Positions 54,278 to 64,000 of a stretch of 64,000 nucleotides of DNA are shown here, piece after piece. The position numbers were made by a program, and so were the translations under genes. The DNA is from an uncultured Methanoregulaceae archaeon (GTDB lineage Archaea; Halobacteriota; Methanomicrobia; Methanomicrobiales; Methanospirillaceae). Positions within the stretch are counted from its first letter, which is position 1. The number at the start of each line of letters is the position of its first letter. Under the pieces are notes generated by a model, which saw only the letters and a list, made by a program, of their open reading frames with translations, had not been told where the DNA came from and did not search any database. Where the stretch lies: assembly GCA_963737635.1 (NCBI GenBank), contig CAVTTL010000001.1, positions 1,568,001-1,632,000 of the forward strand, read 5' to 3'.

Positions 54278-54806
54278 AGTACACCTCAACGCCCCTGATG
54301 ATAACATGGTCTTTCATTATTTCCCGGATGAGCAGGTCTCTTGTGTCAAACACCCCGATCTTCACACTCAGTGACGAGTGCTTCTGCTCAAGTTGTCTCT
54401 TCTTTTGTGAATCAGATGTTTCGATGTAGATATCGATATCACTTCCCTTTGTTGCAAGGCCTTTTGCGTAGCTTCCATACAGGATGGCAAGAGGGACCTC
54501 CGGCATGTCTTGGATAGCCTGAAAAACTCCCCGCAAAACCGGGTATGTGCTCACGATTGAGGACAGTTTATAGATTTCAGCAATCATTGCAGCATTCCTC
54601 CCCTCAATCGTTCTCTTGAGAGTAAAAACTTTGTTTTTCCCTTCAAAACGGAAATCAACGATGTTGTTTTCCGTGAGATCGCGGAGTTTTCGCAGGACCG
54701 TGGCATGATTGCTCCTGAGCTTATCGGCAATGGCACGCGTATGAAGATCCTCTTTGATGAGGAGTGCCACGATTTCATTGATTAAATTTTGTTCCATATG
54801 GTTCAT
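54243..54806 (-). CDS. HTH plus minimal nucleotidyltransferase (MNT antitoxin-like)
   Basis: LYGSYAKG...SDIDI. Confidence 0.88.
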   Translation of the reverse strand: MNHMEQNLINEIVALLIKEDLHTRAIADKLRSNHATVLRKLRDLTENNIVDFRFEGKNKVFTLKRTIEGRNAAMIAEIYKLSSIVSTYPVLRGVFQAIQDMPEVPLAILYGSYAKGLATKGSDIDIYIETSDSQKKRQLEQKHSSLSVKIGVFDTRDLLIREIMKDHVIIRGVEVYFDKNGFFKETA

Positions 54807-54862
54807 TTTTGAACCAATCTACAATAAAGATTGTGGTTTGGAGAGTCCAGAAACAGAAAACG

Positions 54863-54946
54863 TGCGAAGGATGGAAGCGTACCCAAGAACTCCTACGAGA
54901 TCAGGCCCTCAACCTAACGCCTTTGACCTGGCTTGGCTACCCTCGC
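54863..54946 (-). pseudogene. Degenerate tRNA-Leu(GAG)
   Basis: Acceptor, D, anticodon (TTGAGGG loop) and variable arms fold; T arm is corrupted (TACGCTT instead of TTCGAAT, one nt short). Confidence 0.75.
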
Positions 54947-55158
54947 CCATTACTTTCATCTTTCCTACGCCGTGAGATACAGAGTACAAACCTTATTCAA
55001 AACTCTCAGACCATAACGAGATTCTGCGCTGGGCTCTCGGGAAGATAAGAATTCTGGGGAATACTATAATTTTGCCCAAACACAATGTGTTATTGAAACA
55101 AGCAGTGCCGGGTCTCACCGACTGTGGGGATCCAAAACGAGTATTGGCGGAGCAGCTT

Positions 55159-56250
55159 ATGGCATTTGATCGACGCGTACCCTACAACGACCTTCCGCCT
55201 CTTCCTCCAGCCATCGATTTGGAATCAAAAACAATACTCAAAAAATGCGTCAGCGCCCACCGGGCTCTTGCGTCACTAAAATATGCCGGGAACCTGATTC
55301 CCAATCAGGCTATTCTCATCAATGCCATTCCCTTGCAGGAAGCGAAAGCAAGTTCCGAGATCGAGAATATTGTGACAACAGGTGATCAGCTTTACCAAGC
55401 CTCGGTATTGCCCGGGACCGTAATCGATCCGCAGACAAAAGAGGTTCTTCGCTACCGAACGGCCCTCCGCCGAGGCTATGACCGTCTAAAGACGCGATCC
55501 ATCTCAATGAGTCTGCTCCGGGAAGTTTGTGAAGCCCTCCTCGGCCACGAAGTGCAGTACCGCTCATCATCCGGGACGCAGATAACGAACAAGACGATAG
55601 GCGAAGTCGTTTACACACCCCCGGATGGTGACGAGATCCTGCGGGAAAAACTGGATCAATTGGAGAACTTCATTCACCTTCGCGATGAAAATCTGCTCGA
55701 TCCGCTTGTCCGTCTGGCTCTCATCCATTACCAATTCGAAGCTATCCACCCATTCGAGGACGGCAATGGCAGGACAGGACGGATCCTCAACATCCTTTAT
55801 CTTGTCGAACAAGGACTTCTCGATATTCCCGTCCTATATCTCAGCCGGTACATCATCAACCACAAGGGCGATTATTACACGTTGTTGCGGGCCGTCACGG
55901 AGGAGCAGGAATGGGATGCGTGGGTACAATTCATGCTTTCGGCAGTTGAGGAGACGTCGGCGGGAACATCAAAGCGCGTCCTTGCAATCCGCAAACTCCT
56001 TGACGAAACGACGGCCCTCTGCCGCGAAAATCTTCCTCGCCAGATCTATTCCCGGGAGCTTGTCGAGATGATCTTCGTCCAGCCCTATAGTAAAATCTCA
56101 TACGTGGTAGATGCGGGGATCGCCAAACGGCAGACTGCCGCCGAATATCTGCAAAAGCTTGAAGAGATTGGCGTACTGGAATCGCGGAAAGTCGGACGCG
56201 AGAAAGTGTTTATTCATCCCGCTCTCTTGAAGTTACTTTCCGAGCCGTGA
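55159..56250 (+). CDS. Fic family protein adenylyltransferase with N-terminal inhibitory motif and C-terminal HTH
   Basis: SSEIEN, HPFEDGNGRTGR, KRQTAAEYL. Confidence 0.93.
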   Translation: MAFDRRVPYNDLPPLPPAIDLESKTILKKCVSAHRALASLKYAGNLIPNQAILINAIPLQEAKASSEIENIVTTGDQLYQASVLPGTVIDPQTKEVLRYRTALRRGYDRLKTRSISMSLLREVCEALLGHEVQYRSSSGTQITNKTIGEVVYTPPDGDEILREKLDQLENFIHLRDENLLDPLVRLALIHYQFEAIHPFEDGNGRTGRILNILYLVEQGLLDIPVLYLSRYIINHKGDYYTLLRAVTEEQEWDAWVQFMLSAVEETSAGTSKRVLAIRKLLDETTALCRENLPRQIYSRELVEMIFVQPYSKISYVVDAGIAKRQTAAEYLQKLEEIGVLESRKVGREKVFIHPALLKLLSEP

Positions 56251-56402
56251 ATATATGTCGAAAATGTTTGTTTTTTTCGACACGTTTTGGTGATATGTCG
56301 ATCCGTTCGACATATTGTCCGTGCTCGCGATCAGCTGTTTTTGATACTACGGATAAACCGGTTCAGGAAAAAGGGCTCTATTAAGTCCAATAAACGGAAA
56401 AA

Positions 56403-56485
56403 TGCGAGGGATGGGAGTTGAACCCATGAATCCCTGCGGAACTGGATCTTAAGTCCAGCCGAGTTGGCCACTTTCGTACCCTCGC
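56403..56485 (-). tRNA. tRNA-Leu(TAA)
   Basis: GCGAGGG/CCCTCGC acceptor, CTGGA-CTTAAGA-TCCAG anticodon arm, long variable arm, ATGGG-TTCAACT-CCCAT T arm, discriminator A. Confidence 0.9.
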
Positions 56486-56609
56486 GCTCTATAGTATTTC
56501 GTGTGTACCATAAAAAGAATCGTGGCCTGAGAATCACGGATCTGCACAACCCATTCCCTACAAGTACCACGCCTTTTATGCATTGCCGGTACCATACTGT
56601 ATCCGACAG

Positions 56610-57614
56610 ATGACCTCCTTTACCTGTACAGGCTGGGTCGAACGGGACGGTACCCGGCTTTCCTTAGCAGAGGTTGAGAAGATCCTAAAAGCAGACCCGG
56701 AGCAGATCCGCACGTTCGGTGGCGAGTTTGCCCTCTCGTTTGACGGTTGCCACGCCCGGGACCATTTTGGCATCATCCCGGGCCTGGGCCCCAAAGGTGC
56801 ACTTGTCTGCAACGGACAGGTCAAGTTTTCCATCGAACCAGACCCGGCACCCTGCACTCTGGAAGAATCCATAATCAAATCAGTCCGGCTCAGGAGCGAC
56901 GAAGGTGTAACCGCACTCTCAGGTGGAGTGGACTCAAGCCTTGTCGCCGCGCTGGCAGGAAGGGAATGCGTGGCCGTTGGTCTTTCAGGTTCGCATGATC
57001 TCGAACGAGTTAAGCACGCAGCAAAACTCCTCGGCCTTTCCTGCACCGAAGTGGAGATAACCCCGGATGAGATCGAAGCCGCGCTTCCCAGAGTCATTGC
57101 TGCGATCCCGAAAAAAGACCCGGTCAACACAAGTATTGCCGTAACCATGTATTTCGTCGCGCAGTGGGCAGGAGAGCACGGGTACCAGCGCATCCTTGCC
57201 GGTCAGGGAGCGGACGAGCTCTTCGGCGGGTATGCCCGGTACCTCTCCACCCCAACGCTGGAAGAGGATCTTGCCCGGGACGTTGCCGGGCTGGAACAGC
57301 AGGCAGACCGGGACCAGGCGGTCGCTGCGCTTCATGGCACGTACCTCTCCATGCCCTACCTGGACATCCGGGTTATGCGCGCTGCATGTGCGATCCCGGC
57401 CCATGAGAAGGTCTGTAACGGGCAAAGAAAAATCCCGCTCCGGGTCATTGCAGAGCGCCATATCCCGCCAGAACTGGCAGGATACAAGAAAAAAGCCATG
57501 CAGTACGGAAGCGGGGTCTGGGTAACACTAAAAAAGATTGCCCGTAAAAATGGTTATAAAACGTCCGTGCAAGATTACATAGACCACATCGGACGGGTGC
57601 ACCATGATCACTGA
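56610..57614 (+). CDS. Asparagine synthase C-terminal-domain protein
   Basis: LSGGVDSS, GQGADELFGGY, KKAMQYGSG; reduced N-terminal domain. Confidence 0.85.
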   Translation: MTSFTCTGWVERDGTRLSLAEVEKILKADPEQIRTFGGEFALSFDGCHARDHFGIIPGLGPKGALVCNGQVKFSIEPDPAPCTLEESIIKSVRLRSDEGVTALSGGVDSSLVAALAGRECVAVGLSGSHDLERVKHAAKLLGLSCTEVEITPDEIEAALPRVIAAIPKKDPVNTSIAVTMYFVAQWAGEHGYQRILAGQGADELFGGYARYLSTPTLEEDLARDVAGLEQQADRDQAVAALHGTYLSMPYLDIRVMRAACAIPAHEKVCNGQRKIPLRVIAERHIPPELAGYKKKAMQYGSGVWVTLKKIARKNGYKTSVQDYIDHIGRVHHDH

Positions 57615-57873
57615 AAAAGACGTGGAACATATCGGGGAACTTGCGGATATCGGCATCGATACAACAGAACTGGCCACCTTTACCGGCCAGTTCAATGCCA
57701 TCGTGGAATATTTTGACGTACTCGACCGGGTAAAGGGCGATACAGCGGTCACACGAGATCTCTATAATATCCTCAGGGAGGACGAAGTCGAACCCTCGCT
57801 TTCGCAGGAAGAGGTGACCCGGAATGCCGGTGCACAGGAAGACGGGTATATCAAGGCACCCCGGGTGATGTAG
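57604..57873 (+). CDS. gatC: Asp/Glu-tRNA amidotransferase subunit C
   Basis: VEHIGELA, LREDE, YIKAPRV; directly upstream of gatA. Confidence 0.93.
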   Translation: MITEKDVEHIGELADIGIDTTELATFTGQFNAIVEYFDVLDRVKGDTAVTRDLYNILREDEVEPSLSQEEVTRNAGAQEDGYIKAPRVM

Positions 57874-59177
57874 TGGCAACGCACACGATCCATTTCGAGC
57901 CAGACGACCGGTACAACGCATTCCTCACTACCTGTGCCACCCCCACCCACGGCGAGGGAAAACTGGCCGGGATCGCCATAGCGGTCAAGGACAATATCTC
58001 AACAAAAGACATCGAGACCACCTGCGCCTCGAAGATCCTCAAAGGCTATATCCCCCCGTACGATGCCCATGCGGTCAGCCTCATCAAAAATGCCGGCGCA
58101 GCAATCGCCGGAAAGACCAACATGGACGAGTTCGGGATGGGGACGAGCACCGAGAACTCGGCATTTGGTCCCACCCTCAACCCCCGCGATACGAACCGGG
58201 TGCCCGGGGGATCCTCAGGAGGGAGCGCGGCGGCGGTAGCATCAGGTATGGTGCGGATGGCCCTTGGTACCGATACCGGGGGCTCGATCCGGTGTCCGGC
58301 TGCGTTCTGCGGGATTGTCGGGCTCAAGCCCACGTACGGGAGAGTCTCCCGGTACGGACTCATAGCCTATGCAAATTCGCTCGAAACGATCGGGCCCATG
58401 GCACAGAACGTCACCGATGTCTCGCTCCTGATGTCAGTGATCGCCGGGCACGACAAAAGAGATACCACGTCCTATGACCGACCCTACAGCCACACCCCGT
58501 CCGCAGATATCAAGGGCCTGCGTATTGGTATCCCCAAGGAATATTTCGGAGAAGGTGTCGACCCTGAGGTCGCAGCCATCGTCCGGCGAGCAATAGGAAA
58601 GCTCGAAGAGCTCGGCGCGGTCACCGTTCCCTGCAGTATCCCCTCGATGGCATACGCACTCGCTGCCTATTACGTAATCTGCACCAGCGAGGCCAGTTCC
58701 AACCTCGCCCGGTTCGACGGTGTACGGTACGGCCCTGCGGTCGACACCAAAAAGTCGTGGCATGCGGCATACCAGGATGCACGGAAACAGGGCTTCGGGC
58801 CTGAAGTCAGGCGCCGGATCATGCTTGGGACATTCGCGCTCTCGTCCGGGTATTACGGTAAGTATTATGCGAAGGCGCAGATTGCCCGGGAAAATGTCAG
58901 GAAGGACTTTGCCCGTCTCCTGAACGAGGTCGATGTGCTCTGCGGCCCGACGATGCCCACCATCGCGTTTAAACTCGGAGAGAAGAGCGTGCCGCTCTCC
59001 ATGTACCTCTCCGATATCCTCACGGTGCCGGTGAACCTTGCCGGTATCCCGGCCATCTCGGTGCCCTGCGGGAAGGTGCAGGGGATGCCGGTCGGGCTCC
59101 AGATCATGGGCAGGCCGTTCGAGGATGAGCGGGTCGTCGACGTCGCGTATGCCTACGAGCAGGCGGTGAACCCATGA
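57873..59177 (+). CDS. gatA: Asp/Glu-tRNA amidotransferase subunit A
   Basis: [21 protein letters not shown]. Confidence 0.96.
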   Translation: MATHTIHFEPDDRYNAFLTTCATPTHGEGKLAGIAIAVKDNISTKDIETTCASKILKGYIPPYDAHAVSLIKNAGAAIAGKTNMDEFGMGTSTENSAFGPTLNPRDTNRVPGGSSGGSAAAVASGMVRMALGTDTGGSIRCPAAFCGIVGLKPTYGRVSRYGLIAYANSLETIGPMAQNVTDVSLLMSVIAGHDKRDTTSYDRPYSHTPSADIKGLRIGIPKEYFGEGVDPEVAAIVRRAIGKLEELGAVTVPCSIPSMAYALAAYYVICTSEASSNLARFDGVRYGPAVDTKKSWHAAYQDARKQGFGPEVRRRIMLGTFALSSGYYGKYYAKAQIARENVRKDFARLLNEVDVLCGPTMPTIAFKLGEKSVPLSMYLSDILTVPVNLAGIPAISVPCGKVQGMPVGLQIMGRPFEDERVVDVAYAYEQAVNP

Positions 59178-60626
59178 TCGACGCAGATGTCATCGTCGGC
59201 CTCGAAGTCCACTGCCAGCTCGACACAAAGAGCAAGCTCTTCTGCGGCTGTTCCACCGATTACCGGGACGACGGGCCCAACACCCACGTCTGCCCGGTCT
59301 GCCTCGGGCTGCCTGGGACGATGCCGGCGCTCAACAAACGCGCGATCGAATACGCGATGAAGGTGGCAAAAGCGCTCAACTGCACGGTCGTGCCGGAGTC
59401 TGAATTTGCGCGGAAGAACTACTTCTATCCCGATCTGGACAAGGCCTACCAGATCACCCAGTACGACAAGCCGCTTGCCGAAGGCGGCTATGTCGAGATC
59501 GAAGGGGACGACGGCAAAGAGCGCAGGATCCAGCTCACCCGGATTCACGTGGAGGAAGACCCGGGCCGCCTCGTCCATAGGGGAAATGCCGAGCGTGGCC
59601 GGTATTCCCTGGTCGATTACAACCGTGCCGGCGTTCCGCTCATCGAGATCGTCTCGGAGCCGGAGATGCGATCGCCAAAAGAGGCGAGGAAGTTCCTGAA
59701 CAAGCTCCGGGCCACCCTCGAATATCTCGGCGTCTTTGATTCGGATAAAGAAGGATCGTTGCGGGTCGATGCCAACATCTCGCTCCGGGGCAGCAACCGC
59801 GTGGAGATCAAGAACATCACGTCGTATAAAGGCGTCGAGAAGGCACTTACCTTTGAGGTTACCCGGCAGAAAAACCACATACGGCGCGGCCTTGTCGTCG
59901 AACGGGAGACCCGGCACTATCTCGAGGCCCGGGGCATCACCCAGTCGGCCCGATCGAAAAGAGCTGGAGAACGATTACCGGTACTTCCCGGAGCCGGATC
60001 TCCGGCCCCTCCGGGTCCAGTCCTGGCTCAAGGATATCGCGCTCCCCGAACTGCCCGACGCCCGGCGCGAGCGTTTTGTTGCCCAGTACAGCTGTTCGCT
60101 GAACCATGCGCGGACGCTCACCGGCGAGCTGAAGATGGCGAACTTCTTTGAAGGGGTGGTCTCGGGGAACCAGGGACCGTGCACTTTGGCCGCGACCTGG
60201 ATCGCCGATACGCTCACCGGCGAACTCAATTACCGGGACATGGGGATCGACGCGGTTGATCCCGCACGGTTCGGTGAACTATTGATTCTCCTCCAGAAGG
60301 GGACCATTACGGACAAAAGCGGTATTGAAGTCCTCCGGGTCATGCTCGATGAGCAACACAAAGGAGAAACGGTTGAGACACCTGAGGCAATCGTTGCCCG
60401 GTTAAATCTCGCAAAGACGGCCGGCGACGACGGTGCCATTCGTGCAGCCATTACGGAAGTAATTACGGAAAACCCAAAGGCGGTCGAGGACTATAGGGCC
60501 GGAAAGAGCGGGGCCATCAATTTCCTGGTTGGCCAGGTCATGAAAAAGACCCGGGGCCGTGCCGATCCCGGCGAGCTCAACCGGCTCATGATAGCGGCTC
60601 TGGAGAAATGCGGAGCAGTGATCTGA
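59174..60626 (+). CDS. gatB: Asp/Glu-tRNA amidotransferase subunit B; frameshift near 59960
   Basis: [19 protein letters not shown](fs)[18 protein letters not shown]. Confidence 0.95.
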
Positions 60627-60627
60627 C

Positions 60628-63455
60628 GTGCACCTGATCGTCGCGGAAAAGAACATCTCGGCGCACCGGATCGCCCAGATCCTCGCCGAAGGTCACAAAG
60701 TCGTGGAGAAGAAAGACGCCGGGGTCTCGACGTATAGTTTCGGCGACACAACCACGGTGGGTCTCCGCGGCCATGTCGTTGAGGTTGACTTTGAACCCGG
60801 TTACGAGAACTGGCGTTCCGAGAAGTATACCCCAAGGAGCCTGATCGATGCAAAGACGATCAAGGTGCCAACCGAGAAGAGGATCGTGTCCCTTCTCCAG
60901 AAACTCTCTCGTCACGCCGATCTTGTCACCATTGCAACCGATTTCGATACCGAAGGAGAACTGATCGGGAAAGAGGCATACGAGCTGGTCCGGGCGGTCA
61001 ACAAGAATGTGAAGGTTGACCGGGCGCGGTTCTCTGCTATCACGCCGCAGGAAATACGGATGGCATTTTCCCATACGACTGATCTTGATTTCGCGCTTGC
61101 CGCGGCAGGCGAAGCACGGCAGTCGATCGATCTGATGTGGGGGGCATCGCTGACCCGGTTTATCTCCCTTGCTGCGCGCCGGGGTGGCAATAATATCCTC
61201 TCGGTGGGCCGGGTGCAGAGCCCCACGCTCTCCATGATCGTCGATCGCGAAAAAGAGATCGAGAAGTTTGTCCCGGAGACGTACTGGCAGCTGGGCCTGC
61301 TGACCGAAAAGGCCGGCGAGCAGATCGAAGCCCGGCACACGAATGGCAGGTTTAAGGAGCAGGCAGCCGCAGAACGTGCCCGCGACCATACAAAAGAGCC
61401 GCTCGTCGTGACCGAGGTCAGGGAAGGAACCAAGCAGGACCGGTCCCCCTCGCCGTTTGACACGACAACTTATATCGTTGCAGCGGCCCGGCTTGGTTTT
61501 TCTGCCGCGAATGCGATGCGGATTGCTGAAGACCTGTACATGAACGGGTACATCTCGTACCCGAGGACAGACAATACCGTCTACCCCGCGTCGCTTGACT
61601 TGAACGGCGTGCTTGCCACGATCAGGAATTCGCCGTTTAAAAAAGACGTGGAATGGATCATCACCAATCGGAGGAAAGAACCGACCCGGGGCAAGAAGTC
61701 TTCCACCGATCACCCGCCGATCCATCCCACCGGAGTTGCGACCCGGGAAGGGATCGGGGACGATGCGTTCCGGATCTACGAACTGGTACTCCGGCGCTTC
61801 CTCGCGACCCTTGCCCCGGACGCGTTCTGGCAGACCCTGAAAGTGAACTTTGATGCCGGCGGCGAGACCTATACCACGACCGGCGGGCGGCTGGTCGAAC
61901 CGGGCTGGCATGCGGTCTACCCGTTCTCGGAAGCAAAGGAGACCATCCTCCCGACGTTTGTCACCGGTGAGAACCTGCCGATACGAAAAGTCAGCCTCGA
62001 TGAAAAAGAGACCATGCCCCCGGCCCGGTACACCCAGAGCAAGCTCATCCAGAGAATGGAGGAACTCGGGCTTGGCACCAAGAGCACGAGGCACGAAGTG
62101 ATCGCAAAACTGGTCTCCCGCAAGTACGTCGAAGGAAACCCGATGCGCCCGACTCTTGTGGGCCGCGTGGTGACCGAATCGCTCGAGCATAATGCCGATA
62201 CGATCACCAAACCCGGCATGACCCAGACGATCGAAGAGCACATGCAGCAGATAAAAGAGAGCAAGCGTACCCGCGACGACGTGATTGCAGAATCGCGCGG
62301 TATGCTGCATGCGGCGTTCGAGCAACTCGAGGCAAACGAGAAAGTCATCGGGGATGACATCCGGGAACGCACTGCAGAAGAGCCGAATCTCGGCCGGTGC
62401 CCGGCCTGCGGGGGAATGCTTGCGATCAAGCACCTGCGGGGTTCGACCCAGTTTATCGGCTGTTCCCGGTATCCTGAATGCACCTTTAATATCGGGCTTC
62501 CGGTCACCCAGTGGGGCTGGGCCGTACGGACCGACGATATCTGCGACAAACACCACCTCCATTTCGTGCGTCTCGTGCGAAAGGGCGCCAGGCCGTGGGA
62601 TATCGGCTGTCCGCTCTGCCACCATATCAGCTCGAACGCAGAATCGCTCACCGAGATCCCCTCCATGGATGAGACACTGCTCGAAAAAGCCCGGGCCCAT
62701 CATATCTACACGGTCGCCGAGATCGCCCGTCGCGATCCTGAATCGCTGGCAACCGTGCTTGGCCTGACCCTGGAAAAAACGCAGAAACTCAAAAATGAGG
62801 CGGGTGCCGTGCTCGAAAAACTGCGCCGGCGTTCAGAGTGCCGCAAGTTCATGAGAAACCACCTGATCCCGCGAAAAGGGCGCAGTTACGCGAAGATCAT
62901 GAGCGCCTTAAAGGAGTCCGGGGTAACCGATCTGGCAAGCCTCGCGAAAGCGAGCGCCTCCACGCTTGAAAAGGCCGGCATCGGCGAGAACGAGGCCCGC
63001 GATGTTCTCACCGAGGCCCGGATCACCTACCACAGCCAGGTCTTAAAAGAGATCGGCATTCCCGCGGTAAGCCTGAAAAAGTACATCGCAGCGGGCGTTA
63101 CCAGCCCGGAAGATTTTGTATCAGCCGGTCCGGAAAACTGAGTAAATTGACGGGCATGAGCGCCGGCACCGTGAACCGGCACCTGGCTCTGGTGTGCGAA
63201 TACCTGCACCGGCCAGTTCCGGTAACCGTGCCGAAAAAACGACTGGAAAAGGGGCGAAAAGAATTGCTCTCGATCAGGGGTATGACCGGGACCACAGCCG
63301 ATACATTCGCCGGAGCCGGGGTCATTAACGGCGAGAGCCTGCTTGCCGCAGATGCGCATAGTCTTTCGAGCGCCACCGGGATCGATGAAGAGAAGATCCG
63401 GACGTTCCAGGTTCTCCTGCGAAAAAAGCAGGAGAATGCCATTATACAAATCTGA
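60628..63455 (+). CDS. topA: DNA topoisomerase IA with Zn ribbon and HhH-like tail; frameshift near 63135
   Basis: AEK, ATDFDTEGE, GRVQSP, ISYPRTD; tail continues in ORF 63147..63455. Confidence 0.93.
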
Positions 63456-63458
63456 CAA

Positions 63459-63824
63459 TCACTTCAGGACCAGTTCGATAGCGACCCTGAGGTCGTTATC
63501 GTCGAACGGTTTGATGATAAACCCGTCAGGCTTGGTTTCCCGCGCCCGTTCCAGGGTCGGACCGTCGGAGTGGGAGGTAACGTAGATCACCGGGATACCA
63601 AACCTCTTCTTAATCATCTTCGCGGCTTCGATACCGTCGATATCTCCTTTGAGGTTGATATCCATTAAGACGACATCCGGCTTGGTCTTTTCCACCAGCT
63701 CCACGGCATCAGCGCCGGTTACCGCCCGCCCGCAGACCCGGTATCCCAGGTTGTGTAACCGCCAGTCGGCGATCTTTGCTATAATATCGTCGTCCTCTAC
63801 CAGAAGAACCGCTTTGTCGGTCAT
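63459..63824 (-). CDS. Stand-alone response regulator receiver
   Basis: LVEDD, LMDI, IIKPF. Confidence 0.92.
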   Translation of the reverse strand: MTDKAVLLVEDDDIIAKIADWRLHNLGYRVCGRAVTGADAVELVEKTKPDVVLMDINLKGDIDGIEAAKMIKKRFGIPVIYVTSHSDGPTLERARETKPDGFIIKPFDDNDLRVAIELVLK

Positions 63825-64000
63825 AGCACTGCCTTAATAATATGTACATGTATATCCGGGTCATGAACCTATGGTTATCCCTCCGGTCACGGGTCATCGG
63901 TACCCACAGAAACCGGGCATCTTTTCTGGCGGTGGTAAACGCCCGGAGCGCTGGTTTATGGGGGATAAACGACATATGATGATGACATGAAGTGGAAAGA

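Noticed and set aside
60586-62703. 705-aa antisense ORF, and similar ones at 43917-44894 and 19947-20708
   Set aside because: Shadow ORFs opposite well-supported genes in GC-rich coding DNA, with no recognisable motifs
2755-63455. About 15 single frameshifts read as pseudogenes or programmed frameshifting
   Set aside because: They hit housekeeping genes (gatB, topA, marker 14), often at short homopolymers, with no other decay; long-read indel errors are the simplest explanation. Read polishing would settle it.

Overview
Archaeal DNA from a hydrogenotrophic methanogen, most likely Methanomicrobiales (Methanoregula-like), judged from methanogenesis marker 14, carS, tes, archaeal dnaG, gatCAB and a MEMAR_RS02690-type S-layer gene. 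Layout: 0-6 kb PAS/HisKA_2 signalling cluster; 6-18.4 kb accessory cell-surface locus (8-PKD protein, M64-like peptidase with a membrane-anchored receiver protein, and a 4-gene operon resembling a donor-strand fibre/WxL-like system); 18.4-39 kb core genes (FTR-like/Grx, carAB, argG, argF, purD, pyrE, carS, tes, dnaG, pyrC); 39-56.5 kb a mosaic variable region ending at tRNA-Leu(TAA), with an interrupted S-layer copy, HicAB, HEPN-MNT, two Fic genes, an AT-hook protein, a NiCoT transporter, an HxlR redox cassette, tRNA-Leu(GAG) fragments and nested duplications; 56.6-64 kb asnB-like, gatCAB, topA and a receiver protein. About 15 genes carry single frameshifts, including gatB and topA, so most are probably sequencing or assembly indels. 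All family assignments are from motif recognition by eye; no searches were run.
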